Shown here: positions 1-9,189 of the stretch, one piece after another
How positions within the stretch are numbered: the first letter of the stretch is position 1
Layout of the letters: each line of letters starts with the position of its first letter
IMG/VR virus record: IMGVR_UViG_3300014205_006828
Span: 64,001-128,000 of that record
From: a virus
Lineage: Duplodnaviria > Heunggongvirae > Uroviricota > Caudoviricetes
Direction: 5' to 3' (one strand)
DNA: 64,000 bases
Made by a program: the position numbers and the translations under genes
The notes under the pieces: generated by a model
Databases searched by the model: none
Seen by the model: the letters and a program-made list of their open reading frames with translations, nothing else
What the model was told of the DNA's origin: nothing

Positions 1-716
1 AGGACGTTGTATCCACGCACCATCGACGTACTGGCAATCGACTCAATGGTATTGCCTTGCAACCAAATCTGCTTAGCGGTATTATTGAGCAGCTGGGATT
101 TCCCAGCATTTGATTCGCCGCCGATCATAACCAACTCTCCAGGAGACATCCCTCCAGAGACGGCATCTATCATGCTATAGCCAGTCTTGATCTCAATAGA
201 GGCCTCTGGATTGAGCTTCCGAGCCTCATACGAATCGGTAAATTCCTGAAGGTAGTCCCCAACAGGCTTCTGGGTATAGGTACGCTCCAGCTCAATAGAG
301 GTGATCCTATTGATGGCCAGCGATAGGTTGTTGAAATACTCCTCTGGATTTTGGGCAGAATCCGGATCATCCGCGGCTGCACGCGCCCGAATGTCCTCAA
401 CCGCCTGCATTTGGAAGCGCTTCTTCAACTGCGCGAGATCATAGGGGTATTCCTTGGTATCGTAATCCAGTTCCTCTAATTCGCGCCAGGAATCCTCGAT
501 AGTGGTGGCGAGAAGTTGATTGTTGCCGTGCTGTTCGAGCAGGGTTCGTTTGGTAGGCGGGGAGCGGTAATGTTTTGTGTAGTCAAGAACGAGCTTGGCA
601 AAGCGCTGAATATCCTGATCGAACAATAAATGGTCGTACCTTGAGGTAAACGTCAGAGCGCTTACCTTGTCTTTTACTAGGGATTTTAGGACGCGAAGAT
701 CTAGCTCTTCTATCAT
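1..716 (-). CDS. dnaB: DnaB-like replicative helicase, N-terminal part; 3' end runs off the window; not in the supplied ORF track
   Basis: Manual translation from the ATG at 716, which overlaps the upstream TGA (ATGA), is open to base 1: MIEELDLRVLK...IKTGYSMIDAVSGGMSPGELVMIGGESNAGKSQLLNN. This has the DnaB 'TG..lD...GG..pGeL..igG' motif and Walker A GESNAGKS. Confidence 0.9.
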   Translation of the reverse strand, partial: MIEELDLRVLKSLVKDKVSALTFTSRYDHLLFDQDIQRFAKLVLDYTKHYRSPPTKRTLLEQHGNNQLLATTIEDSWRELEELDYDTKEYPYDLAQLKKRFQMQAVEDIRARAAADDPDSAQNPEEYFNNLSLAINRITSIELERTYTQKPVGDYLQEFTDSYEARKLNPEASIEIKTGYSMIDAVSGGMSPGELVMIGGESNAGKSQLLNNTAKQIWLQGNTIESIASTSMVRGYNV

Positions 717-1432
717 AATTCCCCCTTCTTAATCATATCTCTCATATCTTGGCCACCAATTATCGGCACCAATTTAACCACCTTCATCAAACTTTCAATA
801 CTCGCACGCAAAGGACCTGAAAAACTTTCCTCAACCTTCACACTGTTGGTACAGAAGAAGAGTGGCATCCTATTCTGGATTCTCGTTCGCATGATGGGTT
901 CTAGAATACGGCCAAATAGATCTGCGGCATTCTCGCTACCCATGAAACGAGCATCAAACTCATCTATTACCAAAAAATCTACATTTAATAATATTTCTCT
1001 TGCATCAGATTTTACCTGAGGTGAAGAGTTCAACATGATATGAATGATGTCCGTCAAGTTGACATACAAGGCACTATATTGTTTCTCAACTGCACGCTTA
1101 AGAATACAACACGAAATATAAGTTTTCCCAATTCCGTGCTTCCCAGCAAAGAAAGCCTTTTCTCCACTTTTATAGGAGGCTTTTATATCTTTAGTGATGT
1201 CTAAATAAATACGTGTTAATTTATCTGGCCCAGACCAACCATCCATTTCACGCCACCAATAATCAACCGGAATATTAGCTTCGTAATAACGAGTGAAGGC
1301 TGTAGTGAGAGCTGCCCCACCAGGAGTTAAGATGCCATTGTTCGATTGAGCTTCGAGAATATCATCAAGCGCATCATCGAGCTTTTTTCTTGGGATGTTT
1401 AAGAATGGACTTTGTGAAAAATGGGGATCCAA
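713..1432 (-). CDS. DnaC/IstB-family AAA+ ATPase, probable helicase loader
   Basis: Walker A AGKHGIGKT, Walker B FLVIDEFD, LFFCTN motif; translationally coupled to dnaB. Confidence 0.85.
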   Translation of the reverse strand: MDPHFSQSPFLNIPRKKLDDALDDILEAQSNNGILTPGGAALTTAFTRYYEANIPVDYWWREMDGWSGPDKLTRIYLDITKDIKASYKSGEKAFFAGKHGIGKTYISCCILKRAVEKQYSALYVNLTDIIHIMLNSSPQVKSDAREILLNVDFLVIDEFDARFMGSENAADLFGRILEPIMRTRIQNRMPLFFCTNSVKVEESFSGPLRASIESLMKVVKLVPIIGGQDMRDMIKKGEL

Positions 1433-1799
1433 AATCTACCTCGGGAAGGGTTTCGATATTCTTAGATCTTTGCAGTAGCTCACGAGCTCTTTTCCGTTCC
1501 TCAGCGGCCTTTAGCTTATGCAGCTCCGCCAAATTTTTTGCCCTCAAATCCTCTTGGCGATAGTAGTGAGCAGGTTCGGGCTCCAATTCTACAAAAACCT
1601 CCCCCTGCTCACTCGACTCCGTTGTTTGTGGGGTGAGCCTAATACACATCACATTCTTGAACGGGTCTTGTACAATAAACAAAGATCTATCAAACAATTC
1701 AAGTACCATCTGCTCATCAGTATACTCGACAAGCTTTCCGGCTTCGATAACATTGTTGATACAAATGATCTTTATAATAGAGCCTATTTTAATTTCCAT
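1374..1799 (-). CDS. Hypothetical protein (141 aa)
   Basis: Co-oriented ORF overlapping both neighbours; no recognisable motif. Confidence 0.6.
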   Translation of the reverse strand: MEIKIGSIIKIICINNVIEAGKLVEYTDEQMVLELFDRSLFIVQDPFKNVMCIRLTPQTTESSEQGEVFVELEPEPAHYYRQEDLRAKNLAELHKLKAAEERKRARELLQRSKNIETLPEVDFGSPFFTKSILKHPKKKAR

Positions 1800-2436
1800 C
1801 TAGTCTTCCTAATACACCATCATCGAACCCAATGTTCTTTAATTCATCAAACATCCTAATATATATCGCAACCTCACTGCCATTAGGATCATTTTCAATA
1901 GCTAGCTTAGCAAACGCCAAATCGCCATATGTACAAACATCTATGTTTAGACTACTCACAACAGACTTGTAATCGGCTGGTAATTGAGTTGACCTACTAA
2001 TCCTAGAATCCTTGCTAAACATCTTCTTGAACTGGAAGATAAACTCGGTAGTAAAGAAGTACCCAATAGATGTTACAGATACCTTCTTGGGAATTATATA
2101 CTGATCGAATACGAAATCTATATAATCCTTGATGGTTTGCTTATCCTCAACACCCAGGAACGCAATCATTCGCTTTATACAGAACATCTCAGAACATTTG
2201 GCGGGCGCTCTTGAGTATGATAATGTAAACTCAATACCCATGTGATCTTTATATCTCTTGAGTATGTGTCCCAGAAAGTGATACTCCTGCCATTGTGAAA
2301 TATCATCAGATGCATACAAAGCCAGCTTGGCTTTGAACTTCTGCCAAAAAGCATTTGGAGTGCCATCAGCCTTCAACCCACTAATCTTCTGGACCTTAGT
2401 TACCTTGGGCTCTACTGCTTTTTTTCTTGGGGCCAT
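1789..2436 (-). CDS. Hypothetical protein (215 aa), possible replication initiator or loader partner
   Basis: Sits between the SF2 helicase and the DnaC/DnaB pair and is predicted helical by eye; function inferred from context only. Confidence 0.55.
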   Translation of the reverse strand: MAPRKKAVEPKVTKVQKISGLKADGTPNAFWQKFKAKLALYASDDISQWQEYHFLGHILKRYKDHMGIEFTLSYSRAPAKCSEMFCIKRMIAFLGVEDKQTIKDYIDFVFDQYIIPKKVSVTSIGYFFTTEFIFQFKKMFSKDSRISRSTQLPADYKSVVSSLNIDVCTYGDLAFAKLAIENDPNGSEVAIYIRMFDELKNIGFDDGVLGRLDGN

Positions 2437-3893
2437 GTTACATCAAACTCCGACTCGTATATCTCTCGCCTAATTTCAGAATGTTTATTCAGATATGGGG
2501 CCTGATCTGCAAAGTCAATAATCGCAGACATCTTCTTTCCCTTGTAAGGACGGATGACTCGACCTATCCGTTGCAAAGCTCTAACAGACGATTTACCAGC
2601 GCCAGCAATAACCAGCCCGGAAAGTATCGGTAGGTCAACCCCAATATCGAAAATCTTACTCGCCACCAAGCATTTGATCTTGCCACTTTCCAGCTCATCC
2701 TTAATCTTCTCGCGTTGTGTTGCACTGTCCTTTCCACTCAGAAGTCCAGTTGGTACCGTCTTCTTCATGTGATCGAACAGAACATCGCCATGCTTGATGG
2801 TGTGGAACAGTACGAGCGGCACAAAGCCTTGCTCGACCATACTTTTTGTGGCCTTCACAACCATCGAGTTGCGCTGTTCGTTCTCGACAATATATCTGGA
2901 GTAAATGCTTGGGTACTTTCCGCTCTTGAACTGATACGGCATGGGGGCAATGAACCTGATACTTGGCGGAACCAAATACCCCTGCTTAATTAGCTCTCTA
3001 GCAGAAACATCAACGATCTTTCGTCCAAGGAAAGCTTCGATGAGCATATCCGCTCCATCATCACGCCATGGACTAGCAGACATTCCGTATACATATTCAG
3101 CTTTGATATTTCGAGCAATAACTTGTACAGTATCGCAAGCTGCCAAATGACATTCGTCGAGTATTATCGTACCAGAATTCAACAACATGCCCTTGATCTT
3201 AGAAAATTTCTCTGGATCTGTTTTCTTTTCTACCAAACCATCATCATCCAGTGTCACTGTACCAGTCAGGCCTAACGCCTGGCCGACACTCCAAATAGTA
3301 GCTATATTAATGTCTCTAATTTCGCATTTGCCATCTCCAATAATGCCAATTTCTTGTCTAAATACTTCTTTGAAAAAAGATTGTGTTTGATATAACAAAT
3401 CCTTACCGATTACTAAAATTGTCGAAGATTTACCAATCTTAGCAGTAATTAAAGCCGACACTAAAGTTTTTCCAGATCCCGTGGCAAGCCGAATGATGCC
3501 ACGGTCTGTTTCCACAGCAGCGTTGGCGGCGCTCTCTTGATAGGGTCGAGCTTCCTTACCGATAGCCCGTAAGTTATTGGTAATATCAAGTGGCGTTGAC
3601 CTTTCAATTTGCGGACGTTCATCTATTATCATTGGGCGGCACCCCTTTGAAGCATAGAAATCCATCACACGCGGCAGCAAACCAACTGGGAACTTTCCGC
3701 TCGCTGATAATAGATGGCGCTTACCGTCCCAGGTTACAAATTCACCTAGATCGTTGGTGTAGCCTTTGTAAGCTTGGGAAAATTCGGCACCAAGAAGCTT
3801 AAAGGACAGCTCATTGTCCAATGCTCCTAAAATTTCCTCATCATCTTCTTCAGCGATCCTGCAGGAGTTCTGGTACCGAATAATTGCTGTCAT
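2412..3893 (-). CDS. Superfamily 2 DExH helicase (UvsW/ResIII-like)
   Basis: Q motif RPYQ, motif I ATGSGKT, motif II ILDECH, motif III SAS, motif V GVDLP, motif VI QRIGRVIR. Confidence 0.92.
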   Translation of the reverse strand: MTAIIRYQNSCRIAEEDDEEILGALDNELSFKLLGAEFSQAYKGYTNDLGEFVTWDGKRHLLSASGKFPVGLLPRVMDFYASKGCRPMIIDERPQIERSTPLDITNNLRAIGKEARPYQESAANAAVETDRGIIRLATGSGKTLVSALITAKIGKSSTILVIGKDLLYQTQSFFKEVFRQEIGIIGDGKCEIRDINIATIWSVGQALGLTGTVTLDDDGLVEKKTDPEKFSKIKGMLLNSGTIILDECHLAACDTVQVIARNIKAEYVYGMSASPWRDDGADMLIEAFLGRKIVDVSARELIKQGYLVPPSIRFIAPMPYQFKSGKYPSIYSRYIVENEQRNSMVVKATKSMVEQGFVPLVLFHTIKHGDVLFDHMKKTVPTGLLSGKDSATQREKIKDELESGKIKCLVASKIFDIGVDLPILSGLVIAGAGKSSVRALQRIGRVIRPYKGKKMSAIIDFADQAPYLNKHSEIRREIYESEFDVTWPQEKKQ

Positions 3894-4447
3894 TGAATCC
3901 TAAATACTTCAATGCCGCTTCCGCCCCAACAGAAAATACCATAGCCACCCATTTTGTTTCCATCTGTAATAAATGGCAAACACCCAAATAACTCTGGATC
4001 TGGAAAAATAACGGCAATATCCTCATCAATACCATCTATTGGGAAAACCAATTTAGACCCAGCAACCCTTAACCTTTCACAAACCGCAGGCTTTTCAGAA
4101 CTTACAATTTTTTTCAACACCTCATCAAACGATACACATCTAAGGTTATTTTCAATATGATCATTGATAACAAACTTTAAAAATCTAGCAATGGTTTTTT
4201 CAGGATCATATTTCAACGGATTTAGCAAATCAACAGTAATTGTTTTGAAAAACCCCTTCTTAACAGTCCCTCTTTTACTAACAGTCCCTCTTTTACTAAC
4301 AAAATAACTAGTATCAGTCTTATCTGCTTCGTATTTGGGGTATAAGTGATGCTCTAATGAACCCAATGGATCGATCACAAACATCCGCTGATAATATCCA
4401 GCTTCAGGCCGTAGGAAATAATTGGAGGCTACGTATTTATCTGTCAT
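3890..4447 (-). CDS. Hypothetical protein (185 aa)
   Basis: Co-oriented ORF with a 4-nt stop/start overlap with the helicase; contains an SKRGTV duplication. Confidence 0.6.
   Translation of the reverse strand: MTDKYVASNYFLRPEAGYYQRMFVIDPLGSLEHHLYPKYEADKTDTSYFVSKRGTVSKRGTVKKGFFKTITVDLLNPLKYDPEKTIARFLKFVINDHIENNLRCVSFDEVLKKIVSSEKPAVCERLRVAGSKLVFPIDGIDEDIAVIFPDPELFGCLPFITDGNKMGGYGIFCWGGSGIEVFRIQ
4261..4301. repeat. 18-bp in-frame tandem duplication (taacagtccctcttttac x2.3)
   Basis: Read directly from the sequence; encodes SKRGTV twice. Confidence 0.9.
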
Positions 4448-4511
4448 TCATCCACCCATCTTTTGGACAACTCCATGACCTCAATGGTTCCGTCTTCGTC
4501 AATGGAAAGCT

Positions 4512-7304
4512 TCACTTCTTTCTCCTGTCTTGTACGGCCGCATTGTGAAGCTTGGTGAAGGATGAGGCTTTCTGCTGAATCTTCTTCTTGATTTCCTCAA
4601 CCTGATTGACGGTCTCTTCGCCAACGTCAACCTTCATTGTGAGATTGCGCGCCTCGTCCTTGCGCTGCGCCACTCCAATCTTCAACTGTGCTTCGGTCTT
4701 CAGTTGATCAATTCTTTCCTCTGGTAACCCAAGCCCAGAGAACATCGAATAGACCTTGATACAATCGTCATCAGATTCTTCCTTGTAAATACCATGGAAG
4801 ATGACAGCTCCATCACAGGCATCAAGAATCATAGACTGTGCGAAGTGGAGACTGGAGCTTGGAATCTTGTTCCAGATTTTCTCCGGAGCTACGAGCATGA
4901 AACCGGCATATCGAGCCTGCCGAATGTTGAACCCAGAAGCAAGCAGATTGCCCTTGAGAGAGTCTACGATAGCGGTGGCGATTGCCATCTCATCTTCGTA
5001 GTCTGGGACGCTGGTGACGCCGTATACAGTGAATCCACGGCCGTCCATGAACAGCTTGCCGAACTCGCTGGAGTCCAGAACCTTGACGCCTTCATCTGGC
5101 CGGCGGCTGAGCGTATTGAAGACGTTCAGAGGCTCTACGATGGCCTTATTTGATACGTTGAAGAAATTGAATGGCCCAACCTCACTGTACAACGATTCGA
5201 TCTTCGCGTTATCAACGGTAATGATATTGTGAATCTTGCCATCAGCGAAAAGCTTCGTGAACTTACTCAAGGTTTGCCATGCGTTGTGCTTGAGCTGAGC
5301 ATCTTCGCTGGCCTTTGGAAGAACCGTGAGCACCGCAACTGGCTTCCCAATTTGTGCCAGGATATCAACTACAACAGGAACAGATCCTGCGCCAGATCCG
5401 CCTCCAAGTGACGTGCAGAAGATGAACATCTCTGCGTCACTGAGATGACGCTGAATCAGTTGGTTGATGGCGGCACGATAGGCGTCTGCAGCATCATGGC
5501 CGATAGACAGATCTTTGGCAGCACCACCCAAACCAAAGTCCAAGAGCAGTTTTTGCTGTTCAGGGATCTTGATATTCTCCAAGTCCTGAGGGGCTGTATT
5601 CATACAAACCGAAGGATATCCAAGTGCGAAAAATTGCTCAGCAAGACGGCTATTATGAGTAAAAATAAATCCAAAATTACCAGCTAAATAATTTTCATGT
5701 TCTTCAACGGTTAAGTCATAAAAAATATCATCAGATTCAATATCTTCAAACACCTCCTTGACCACATCCAACTTTGGACAAATTGATTTGATATATTCAG
5801 CTTGTTCTGAGGGTTCTAAAACATCAAGCATTTTCTCAAATGCTGGAATAGATAACTTCCTTTCACCACGACTCCAGCCCTTTAAACACACACCAGAACG
5901 TTCTGATAAATTATTAACAGTTGTCATCCCTCCTTCATCTTTTAACCAATAAGACAACTCTTCAAACGATAAAGGTACAGAAGAAGAGATAAAGCTTTTT
6001 TGATTTGCACTTAACCAATAATTAAGTTTATCTTTCTTGTCTGAATGTGCAAGACACTCAACTATTTTATCTAACAGTGGTCCATGATTTATTTTACCAC
6101 TAATCCTAACTCTATAACAAGTTTTCTCGTTATCCCTTCCGTTTCTAGGAAGTACCACTTCAACATGAGCCCTACCACCAATAGAGGCAATTAAGCAGCA
6201 TAACTTATCTGCTAATAACCCAGAGACAGTAGAGATACTCGACTCACACCAATCTTTGCAAATTGTTCCATCAGAATCTAATAAACCGGCAATAAACGAG
6301 GCTCTGATATTAGAGCTAGCCGAAGATATACAAGAAGGAATATCTATTGTAAAAGTTTTAGATCCAAACCCGCCATATGTCTTTCCATTAAATATATTAA
6401 AAGCAGATTCAAAGAAATACCTAATTTTAAACCCAAAAGCAGATAATTTTTTACAACCCGGCTGATCGCTAATAGAAATCGAACTGGCAAATAAACCATT
6501 TAAAATCCCAGATGCTTTTTCTAATGTACCAGAATCGCTAAGATAAAATGCTATCTCATTTCCACTCTTTGTTGTGGATCCATCCCCGGCAAATAAACCC
6601 AAAACCCAAGCAATATCCTCAGTAATAGTTATACCCCCAACAGAAGTTTCTGAAGATAATTGATCAATAACACTAGATCTAATACCAACAAAACGATCAC
6701 TGCTTGAAATTGATTTAAAAGATTTAAAATGAGCACGCTTCCTTACGCTTGGACTGAATACTAAACTAGGATGAACCTTTGAACAAATTAATTCAGTGCC
6801 AGATTCTGTTATAATCTTATTTTTAGATTGTTTTTTCAACTTCCAAACAGCCATTACTTTGCGTTTACAAAGTTCTCCTGTTTCTGGATTTATTGATACT
6901 GTAAAGATATTTTTATCAGAAGGTAATTTAACACATATTTCCCCTGATTTTGCATCAATATCTTGTACAGTAGAAGATTTTAATTGTTTATTAAAAAACT
7001 CTTCTATAGAAATGATACCATCATTGGAAATAAATACATTTGTTTTACCATCAATACAACCGGCCTGTCCTGAACCGATAATACCAAAGCGAAGGCTTCT
7101 CTGTTGCTCCTCTATAATGCGCAGCGGCATAGGCTCCTCCTGTTCTGTTTTCACCGCATTCTGAGCAGCCTCTTCCTCAGCTCTTTTTTGAGCGGCTCGG
7201 GCCTTTAGTGCAGCTAACTTTTCCAAATCCACTTGTGGTGTTTCCTCTATGTCGTTCACGATTTCCTCTTGATTTAAAATTTCAACTTTTGATTGAGTTA
7301 CCAT
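4512..7304 (-). CDS. Tubulin/FtsZ-family GTPase (PhuZ/TubZ/CetZ-like) precursor containing an intein; spliced product ~461 aa
   Basis: After intein removal the N-terminal loop reads GIIGSGQAG|SRLAEQF; VCMNT..QDL, tubulin signature SLGGGSGAG, TVLP..SE, IITVDN; acidic N-terminal extension and charged C-terminal tail. Confidence 0.9.
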   Translation of the reverse strand: MVTQSKVEILNQEEIVNDIEETPQVDLEKLAALKARAAQKRAEEEAAQNAVKTEQEEPMPLRIIEEQQRSLRFGIIGSGQAGCIDGKTNVFISNDGIISIEEFFNKQLKSSTVQDIDAKSGEICVKLPSDKNIFTVSINPETGELCKRKVMAVWKLKKQSKNKIITESGTELICSKVHPSLVFSPSVRKRAHFKSFKSISSSDRFVGIRSSVIDQLSSETSVGGITITEDIAWVLGLFAGDGSTTKSGNEIAFYLSDSGTLEKASGILNGLFASSISISDQPGCKKLSAFGFKIRYFFESAFNIFNGKTYGGFGSKTFTIDIPSCISSASSNIRASFIAGLLDSDGTICKDWCESSISTVSGLLADKLCCLIASIGGRAHVEVVLPRNGRDNEKTCYRVRISGKINHGPLLDKIVECLAHSDKKDKLNYWLSANQKSFISSSVPLSFEELSYWLKDEGGMTTVNNLSERSGVCLKGWSRGERKLSIPAFEKMLDVLEPSEQAEYIKSICPKLDVVKEVFEDIESDDIFYDLTVEEHENYLAGNFGFIFTHNSRLAEQFFALGYPSVCMNTAPQDLENIKIPEQQKLLLDFGLGGAAKDLSIGHDAADAYRAAINQLIQRHLSDAEMFIFCTSLGGGSGAGSVPVVVDILAQIGKPVAVLTVLPKASEDAQLKHNAWQTLSKFTKLFADGKIHNIITVDNAKIESLYSEVGPFNFFNVSNKAIVEPLNVFNTLSRRPDEGVKVLDSSEFGKLFMDGRGFTVYGVTSVPDYEDEMAIATAIVDSLKGNLLASGFNIRQARYAGFMLVAPEKIWNKIPSSSLHFAQSMILDACDGAVIFHGIYKEESDDDCIKVYSMFSGLGLPEERIDQLKTEAQLKIGVAQRKDEARNLTMKVDVGEETVNQVEEIKKKIQQKASSFTKLHNAAVQDRRKK
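5652..7058 (-). mobile_element. Intein with LAGLIDADG homing endonuclease (469 aa)
   Basis: Block A CIDGKTNV, block B CSKVHP, LAGLIDADG helices VLGLFAGDGS and FIAGLLDSDGT, block F FYDLTVEEHENYLAG, block G FTHN followed by extein Ser; visibly more AT-rich than the C-extein. Confidence 0.93.
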
Positions 7305-7318
7305 TATTTACCTAAATA

Positions 7319-8248
7319 TTACATCTTTAGCACATATTTATTATTCAGATACCATTGGCAAGTCTGAGCAATTCCATCTCTGAACTTGAATTGTGGAGAC
7401 CACCCTAGTGCTTTGATTTTATCATTAGCCATAGCATATCTAGAATCAAAATCTCTCTCGACATGTTTTACTAACTCATGCCCTTTACTAAGGGCATTAC
7501 AAACTATTTGAACAACCTCAAGATTGCTAAATTCCTGTTTGGAAGTTATGTTATATATCTCTCCGCCAACCCAATTTTCGATAATAGCAAATATCGCAGA
7601 ACAAGTATCAAAGACATGAGTCCAATCTCTTGTTTGAGATCCAGTCCCATATATCTCAACTGGTTTCTCATCAAATATTCCATCAATAATATGAGGAATG
7701 AGACCCGAAACCGTCTGCCATGGCCCGTAATTATTGCTCAGGCGAATAATGTTGTAATCCAAACCAGAAGCGCCCTTGACGAACGCCTCGCCGCTGGCCT
7801 TGGTTGTTGCAAGAACTCCATGTGGATTGACTGGATCAGCCTCCTTCCGAAGCGGAACCTCCTCGGATCCAAGATCTCCATAAACTCGATCTGTGCTCAC
7901 GTAAATCAGCTTCGACTCCATCTTCAAGCATTCATTGACGACAGCCTTGGTGCCAAAAATGTTGCGGCTGTTCATCGACTGTTCATCTATAGTTTCAGCC
8001 GCACCATGTATTACAATATCTGGGCGTTCCTTCTCAAAGATTACATGTAGAATATGAGCATCCGTAATATCCGCAATATGGAACGAATGATCGGCGTTCA
8101 CATAGATATTATGAATGATATGGGAGTCTCTTACCCTGTCAATACTAGAAATGGTGTAGGGCAGCTTAGAATAGAAAACTTGTCGAATGAAGTTTCCGAA
8201 AATAAACCCTCCTGAACCAGTGACCATTACCTTCTTTCTTTTAGCCAT
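7319..8248 (-). CDS. Extended SDR, RmlB-like NDP-sugar 4,6-dehydratase homologue with degenerate catalytic motifs
   Basis: RmlB-like motifs HGAAE, YVSTDRVYG, RLSNNYGP, GSQTRDWTHVFD, YNI, HDxRY-like DSRYA. The third Gly of GxxGxxG, the active-site Glu and the YxxxK Tyr are substituted. Confidence 0.82.
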   Translation of the reverse strand: MAKRKKVMVTGSGGFIFGNFIRQVFYSKLPYTISSIDRVRDSHIIHNIYVNADHSFHIADITDAHILHVIFEKERPDIVIHGAAETIDEQSMNSRNIFGTKAVVNECLKMESKLIYVSTDRVYGDLGSEEVPLRKEADPVNPHGVLATTKASGEAFVKGASGLDYNIIRLSNNYGPWQTVSGLIPHIIDGIFDEKPVEIYGTGSQTRDWTHVFDTCSAIFAIIENWVGGEIYNITSKQEFSNLEVVQIVCNALSKGHELVKHVERDFDSRYAMANDKIKALGWSPQFKFRDGIAQTCQWYLNNKYVLKM

Positions 8249-9128
8249 GAAATAATCCCTTTTTGTATTGTTCTCTTAAAACATCTATACTTTTCCCAAA
8301 ATGACTCAGACACATATTTCTGACATCCTCATATGTCACAATACTACAACCAAACCCATGTTCTTTACAGTATGCCCGCAGAGCTGAAAATTTCGCTTCC
8401 TTCTTTTTTTTATTCTCATAACCCTTCACTTCCTCTATAACCTCGCCATCAATTTTAGCAACTAAAAAATCTGGTATATAGTTCTTCTGTTCACCATCGA
8501 ATTCATACTGGATTCTTATTTTATGTCTTTTTGTCCACGTTGTAACATTATCATCCGTATCAAGAACAATCATCCTAATATATTCTGTAAAGGAATCGAA
8601 CCTAAACACCTCTCCTGTTTTTTTTGATGTATAATATCCTTTAAGTCCATAATGACTAGGCTTGATATCAATTTGGCCACTTGATATTAGATTAGATCTT
8701 GTTATTGATATCTTTGCTCTGGTAGCTGAGGAATGCACCTTTCCAAAGAATGGATTTTTGGCACCAATAAATTTACTGCAGTATTCACTCCAGTAAATAT
8801 CAAACTCATCAGCTGATAGTTTGGCTTTCATCATATGGTATAGACCACCAAGATCGCTGTGAGTTTCTGACATTTTTTCCTTTGATGTCTTAGAATGGCG
8901 CTTCCCAAAGAAGTGATTCTTTTCTCCAAGACTTACATCGGATAAATGCTTTTTTTGTTCTTCTGATTTATGTCGCCCAAGATTAATGCACTTCTTTGAA
9001 CAATACCTTCTGCCACCAAACTTACATTTCTTACCAGGCAACCATTCTTCAGTTCCACACGATTCACACCTAATCAAAAACTCCCTAGTTCTTTTACCTA
9101 AAGGTCTCTCCGAAATCAACATATACAA
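8241..9128 (-). CDS. Putative free-standing homing endonuclease: Zn finger, NUMOD3 repeats and a TnsA-N-like PD-(D/E)XK domain; start may be the ATG at 9122
   Basis: CESC...C...YCSKKC; NUMOD3-like GEKNHFFGKRHSKTSKEKMS and GAKNPFFGKVHSSATRAKIS; YIPDFLV...IEEVKG. Confidence 0.8.
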   Translation of the reverse strand: MYMLISERPLGKRTREFLIRCESCGTEEWLPGKKCKFGGRRYCSKKCINLGRHKSEEQKKHLSDVSLGEKNHFFGKRHSKTSKEKMSETHSDLGGLYHMMKAKLSADEFDIYWSEYCSKFIGAKNPFFGKVHSSATRAKISITRSNLISSGQIDIKPSHYGLKGYYTSKKTGEVFRFDSFTEYIRMIVLDTDDNVTTWTKRHKIRIQYEFDGEQKNYIPDFLVAKIDGEVIEEVKGYENKKKKEAKFSALRAYCKEHGFGCSIVTYEDVRNMCLSHFGKSIDVLREQYKKGLFHG

Positions 9129-9189
9129 ATATCTAAATATTGATAGAGGCCACCACTACCTGTTACTAGAACTTTCTTCCTCTTAGCCA

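Noticed and set aside
4261-4301. Iterons or a tubulin-system centromere
   Set aside because: Only 2.3 copies of an 18-bp unit, in frame inside a CDS; best explained as a slippage duplication.
4512-7304. Evidence for a nucleus-forming phage
   Set aside because: A tubulin alone is insufficient; no chimallin or multisubunit RNA polymerase gene is recognisable in this window.
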